The notes beneath the pieces were generated by a model. It did not search any database. It was not told the origin of the DNA and worked only from the letters and a program-made list of their open reading frames with translations. Below are positions 61,401-64,000 of a stretch of 64,000 nt of DNA, piece by piece (position 1 is the first letter of the stretch; the number at the start of each line of letters is the position of its first letter). This DNA comes from Azolla caroliniana (lineage: Eukaryota; Plantae; Polypodiophyta): positions 11,098,001-11,162,000 of the forward strand of contig JBHGNT010000008.1 in assembly GCA_043228905.1 (NCBI GenBank), in the 5' to 3' direction. Made by a program: the position numbers and the translations under genes.

Positions 61401-63524
61401 CAAGGGACCGGTTAGCACTCGAGGATCCGGCCGAAGACGGTGAAGAAACAGAACCGGCCGAGAAAGATGAAACTGATACCGGAACCGGCCCCAATCCCGA
61501 AATGGATTCGGATGAAGAGGAAACGGAGGAGCCGGTTACCGAAGCTCCGGAACGGAGATATCCTCTAAGAGAGAGAAGGGCCCCCCGGAGATTTCCGGAA
61601 CCAGAGCACGTGCTGCTAACCGACGAGGGGGAGCCGGAGAGTTTTGAAGAAGCAAAGCTTGACACCCATAGCCGCAGGTGGTTAAGTGCCATGCAGGAGG
61701 AGATGGATTCCCTGCATGAGAACCACACATATGAACTTGTGGAGTTGCCGAAAGGAAAGCGGGCACTTCGAAACAAGTGGGTGTTCAAGCTGAAACCGGG
61801 AGATGCCGGAAACCCCCCGAGATACAAAGCCAGGATCGTGGTGAAGGGGTTCCAGCAGAAGAAGGGCGTCGACTTCGACGAGATATTTGCCCCGGTAGTG
61901 AAGATGACCTCCATCCGGACGGTGCTGAGCATAGCGGCAAGCATGGACCTCGAGGTAGAACAGATGGACGTGAAGACGGCATTCCTTCACGGTGACCTCG
62001 AAGAAGAGATCTACATGTAGCAACCGGAAGGATTCGAGAAGAAAGGGAAGGAGCACCTGGTATGCCGGTTGAAGAAGAGCCTTTACGGACTGAAGCAGGC
62101 TCCCCGGCAATGGTACCGGAAGTTCGACTCTTTCATGACCGACGAAGGGTACCACAAAACGCAGTCCGATCACTGCGTGTTTGTGAAGAAGTTCGAAGGA
62201 GGAGACTTTCTAATACTCCTCCTGTACGTGGACGACATGTTGATCGTCGGACGGGACCAGGTCAAGATACGGATGCTGAAGAAAGCGCTTCACCGAACCT
62301 TCTCAATGAAGGACCTGGGTCCGGCGAGGCAAATACTAGGGATGCACATCATCCGGGACCGGAAGAAGAAGCAGTTGTGGCTGTCACAGGAGAAGTACGT
62401 GACAAAGGTGCTTCACCGGTTCAACATGTCGGAAGCAAGACCGGTCGGGTCAACCCTCCCGGCAAACTGCAAGTTGTCCAGCAAGCAAAGCCCCAAGACA
62501 AAGGCTGAGAAGGAGGACATGATGAAAGTACCATATGCCTCTGCCGTCGGAAGCTTGATGTACGCAATGGTGTGTACAAGACCGGACATAGGATATGCAG
62601 TCGGAGTGGTGAGCCGGTACATGAGCAATCCCGGCAAAGAGCACTGGAACGCGGCCAAGTGGATACTTCGATACCTGAAGGGCACGGCAAACGTGTGCCT
62701 CCGATTCGGCTCCGGTAAGCCCGAACTCGACGGCTTTACCGATTCGGATATGTCGGCTGATGCAGATACCAGCCGGTCCACATCAGGGTATGTGATGACG
62801 TATGCAGGGGGAGCTGTTTCGTGGCAGTCGAGGCTGCAGAAGACGGTTGCGTTGTCAACCACGGAGGCGGAGTACATGGCGGCTGTTGAAGCCGGCAAGG
62901 AAATAATATGTATGAAGGACTTCATTAGAGAGCTCGGTATCCGGCAGGAGGAGTACCGACTCTACTGCGACAGTCAGAGTACCATCCACCTTGCGAAGAA
63001 CGCGGCCTATCACTCCCGGACGAAGCACATCCACCGAAGATATCACTAGATCCGGGAAAGGATAGAAGACCAGGAGTTCGTGTTGACGAAGATCCACACG
63101 GACGAGAACGGGTCAGATATGCTGACCAAGGTGCTCACACCCGACAAGCTGGAAGCGTGCCGGAAGAGGGTCGGACTGGAAAGACATCCCATGCCGAAGT
63201 GAAGGGGAGAAGTTTGTTGGGTTTACGGTCCCTCCGGATGGGATGGTCAGATGTTCGGGAATCGGGAATGAAGACCCGAATGAGGAGTACCCGGTATCGG
63301 AACCGGATGATGAAGACCCCGGCTACGGAGCCGGATGACGAATGTACCCGGAGAGAGATCCGGATGCGGGGACATATTTGTGAATATGTTTGCCAAGGGC
63401 CCTCGAGGCTAGATTTGTAAATAGCCCGAAAGTCATATGTGTATAAATATGACTTAGGGCAAACAGTTTTGTTGTTGTTGCTCATTTTTCTGTTTTCCAG
63501 TTAGAGGGAGCGAAGTGAGAGCAG

Positions 63525-63562
<38 letters not shown>

Positions 63563-63827
63563 GAGGTCGACGCCTCTGTGTAATACCACCGCCTGTGGCG
63601 AGGACAGCGAGCTCAAGGTCGTCGCCTTGCAGCTCGCCATTGTACATTCCCTGCGTATAGTGATAGTTGGAGTCTTGCACTCCCGTGGTTTTTCCCGTCT
63701 AGGGTTTTCCACGCTAAACCCTGTGCATTCGTGTCTCTCTCTGTGTTTTCGATTTACTGCTGCATTGATTCGTGTTTCCTCGGTTGTGGCCGAGAGGTGA
63801 AGGTTTTGAAAGCGTCAATTTCTAACA
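58491..63827 (+). mobile_element. Ty1/copia element A4 (Tork/Tnt1-like), full length and young
   Basis: LTRs 58491-59097 and 63215-63827; TSD CTTCA; PBS at 59101-59112; PPT before 63215. Confidence 0.97.
59129..63202 (+). pseudogene. A4 gag-pol polyprotein with in-frame TAGs at 62018 and 63047
   Basis: A 966-aa ORF and a 326-aa ORF in the same frame, with all copia domains; CAG in A2 is TAG here at 62018. Confidence 0.95.
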
Positions 63828-63870
63828 CTTCATGATATAAGAATGAAGCTATATATTGTATTAAGTAAAA

Positions 63871-63935
63871 TTGAGGGACTTGAACCCTCAACCTTGTATA
63901 CCAAGCACCAAGCATACACCACTAAGCTAGGTTAG
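63871..63935 (-). other. tRNA-like Pol III A-box/B-box cassette (best preserved of six)
   Basis: TAGCTTAGTGGT ... TTGAGGG TTCAAGT CCCTCAA (perfect T-arm hairpin); no acceptor stem or canonical anticodon loop. Confidence 0.6.
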
Positions 63936-64000
63936 TTATTTTAAAATATATTTTCATCATTATACTTATCCCATATCTATTTTCATACATAGCCATCATT

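Larger units (their letters stand above)
58259..64000 (+). repeat. Putative LTR B3 (B-family-like start), split by A4 and running off the window
   Basis: Begins TGTTGAGAGACAAGCTCAACAT, identical to the B1 LTR start. The rest is AT-rich with two tRNA-like units. No second LTR or TSD is visible. Confidence 0.55.

Noticed and set aside
7737-62925. Recurrent 170-aa antisense ORF MKSFIH.ISL.ASTAAMYSAS (7737-8249, 27886-28398, 62413-62925) and similar antisense ORFs
   Set aside because: These are mirror frames of conserved copia RT/RNase H codons; they recur because the elements are copies of each other.

Overview
There are no host genes here. The window is a deeply nested retrotransposon cluster, probably heterochromatin of a non-seed land plant (inferred from the Tcn1-type chromoviruses and Trp-primed gypsy elements). 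I reconstructed it from LTR pairs, TG..CA termini, primer-binding sites (PBS), polypurine tracts (PPT) and target-site duplications (TSD); element labels are my own. (1) An L1-type LINE on the - strand (~17560-58258) is split inside its RT by an Athila/Tat-like gypsy, G3 (19624-56556, TSD CAATG). (2) G3 contains copia B1 (23472-33869, itself carrying copia A2 at 23949-29359), the pol-less gag-only element P2 (34189-38950), copia B2 (39905-45415) fused to a remnant of a G3 relative, G4 (45416-46254), and copia A3 (46542-52587, containing an inverted solo LTR). (3) On the left are gypsy G1 (1-6025) and copia A1 (6745-11085), both inserted in chromovirus C1, and chromovirus C2 (12373-17168), inserted in a second LINE ORF1. 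(4) On the right, copia A4 (58491-63827) sits in another LTR that starts at 58259. All copies carry stops, frameshifts or deletions. The most unusual signals are: a tRNA-Arg 3'-end mimic (inverted PBS) where G3's PPT should be; tRNA-like Pol III A/B-box cassettes in the LTRs of unrelated elements; a covarying Tf1-type self-priming duplex plus heat-shock elements in the chromovirus LTRs; a -1 frameshift signal after the protease in G1; and a single ~1150-codon gag-repeat frame in P2.
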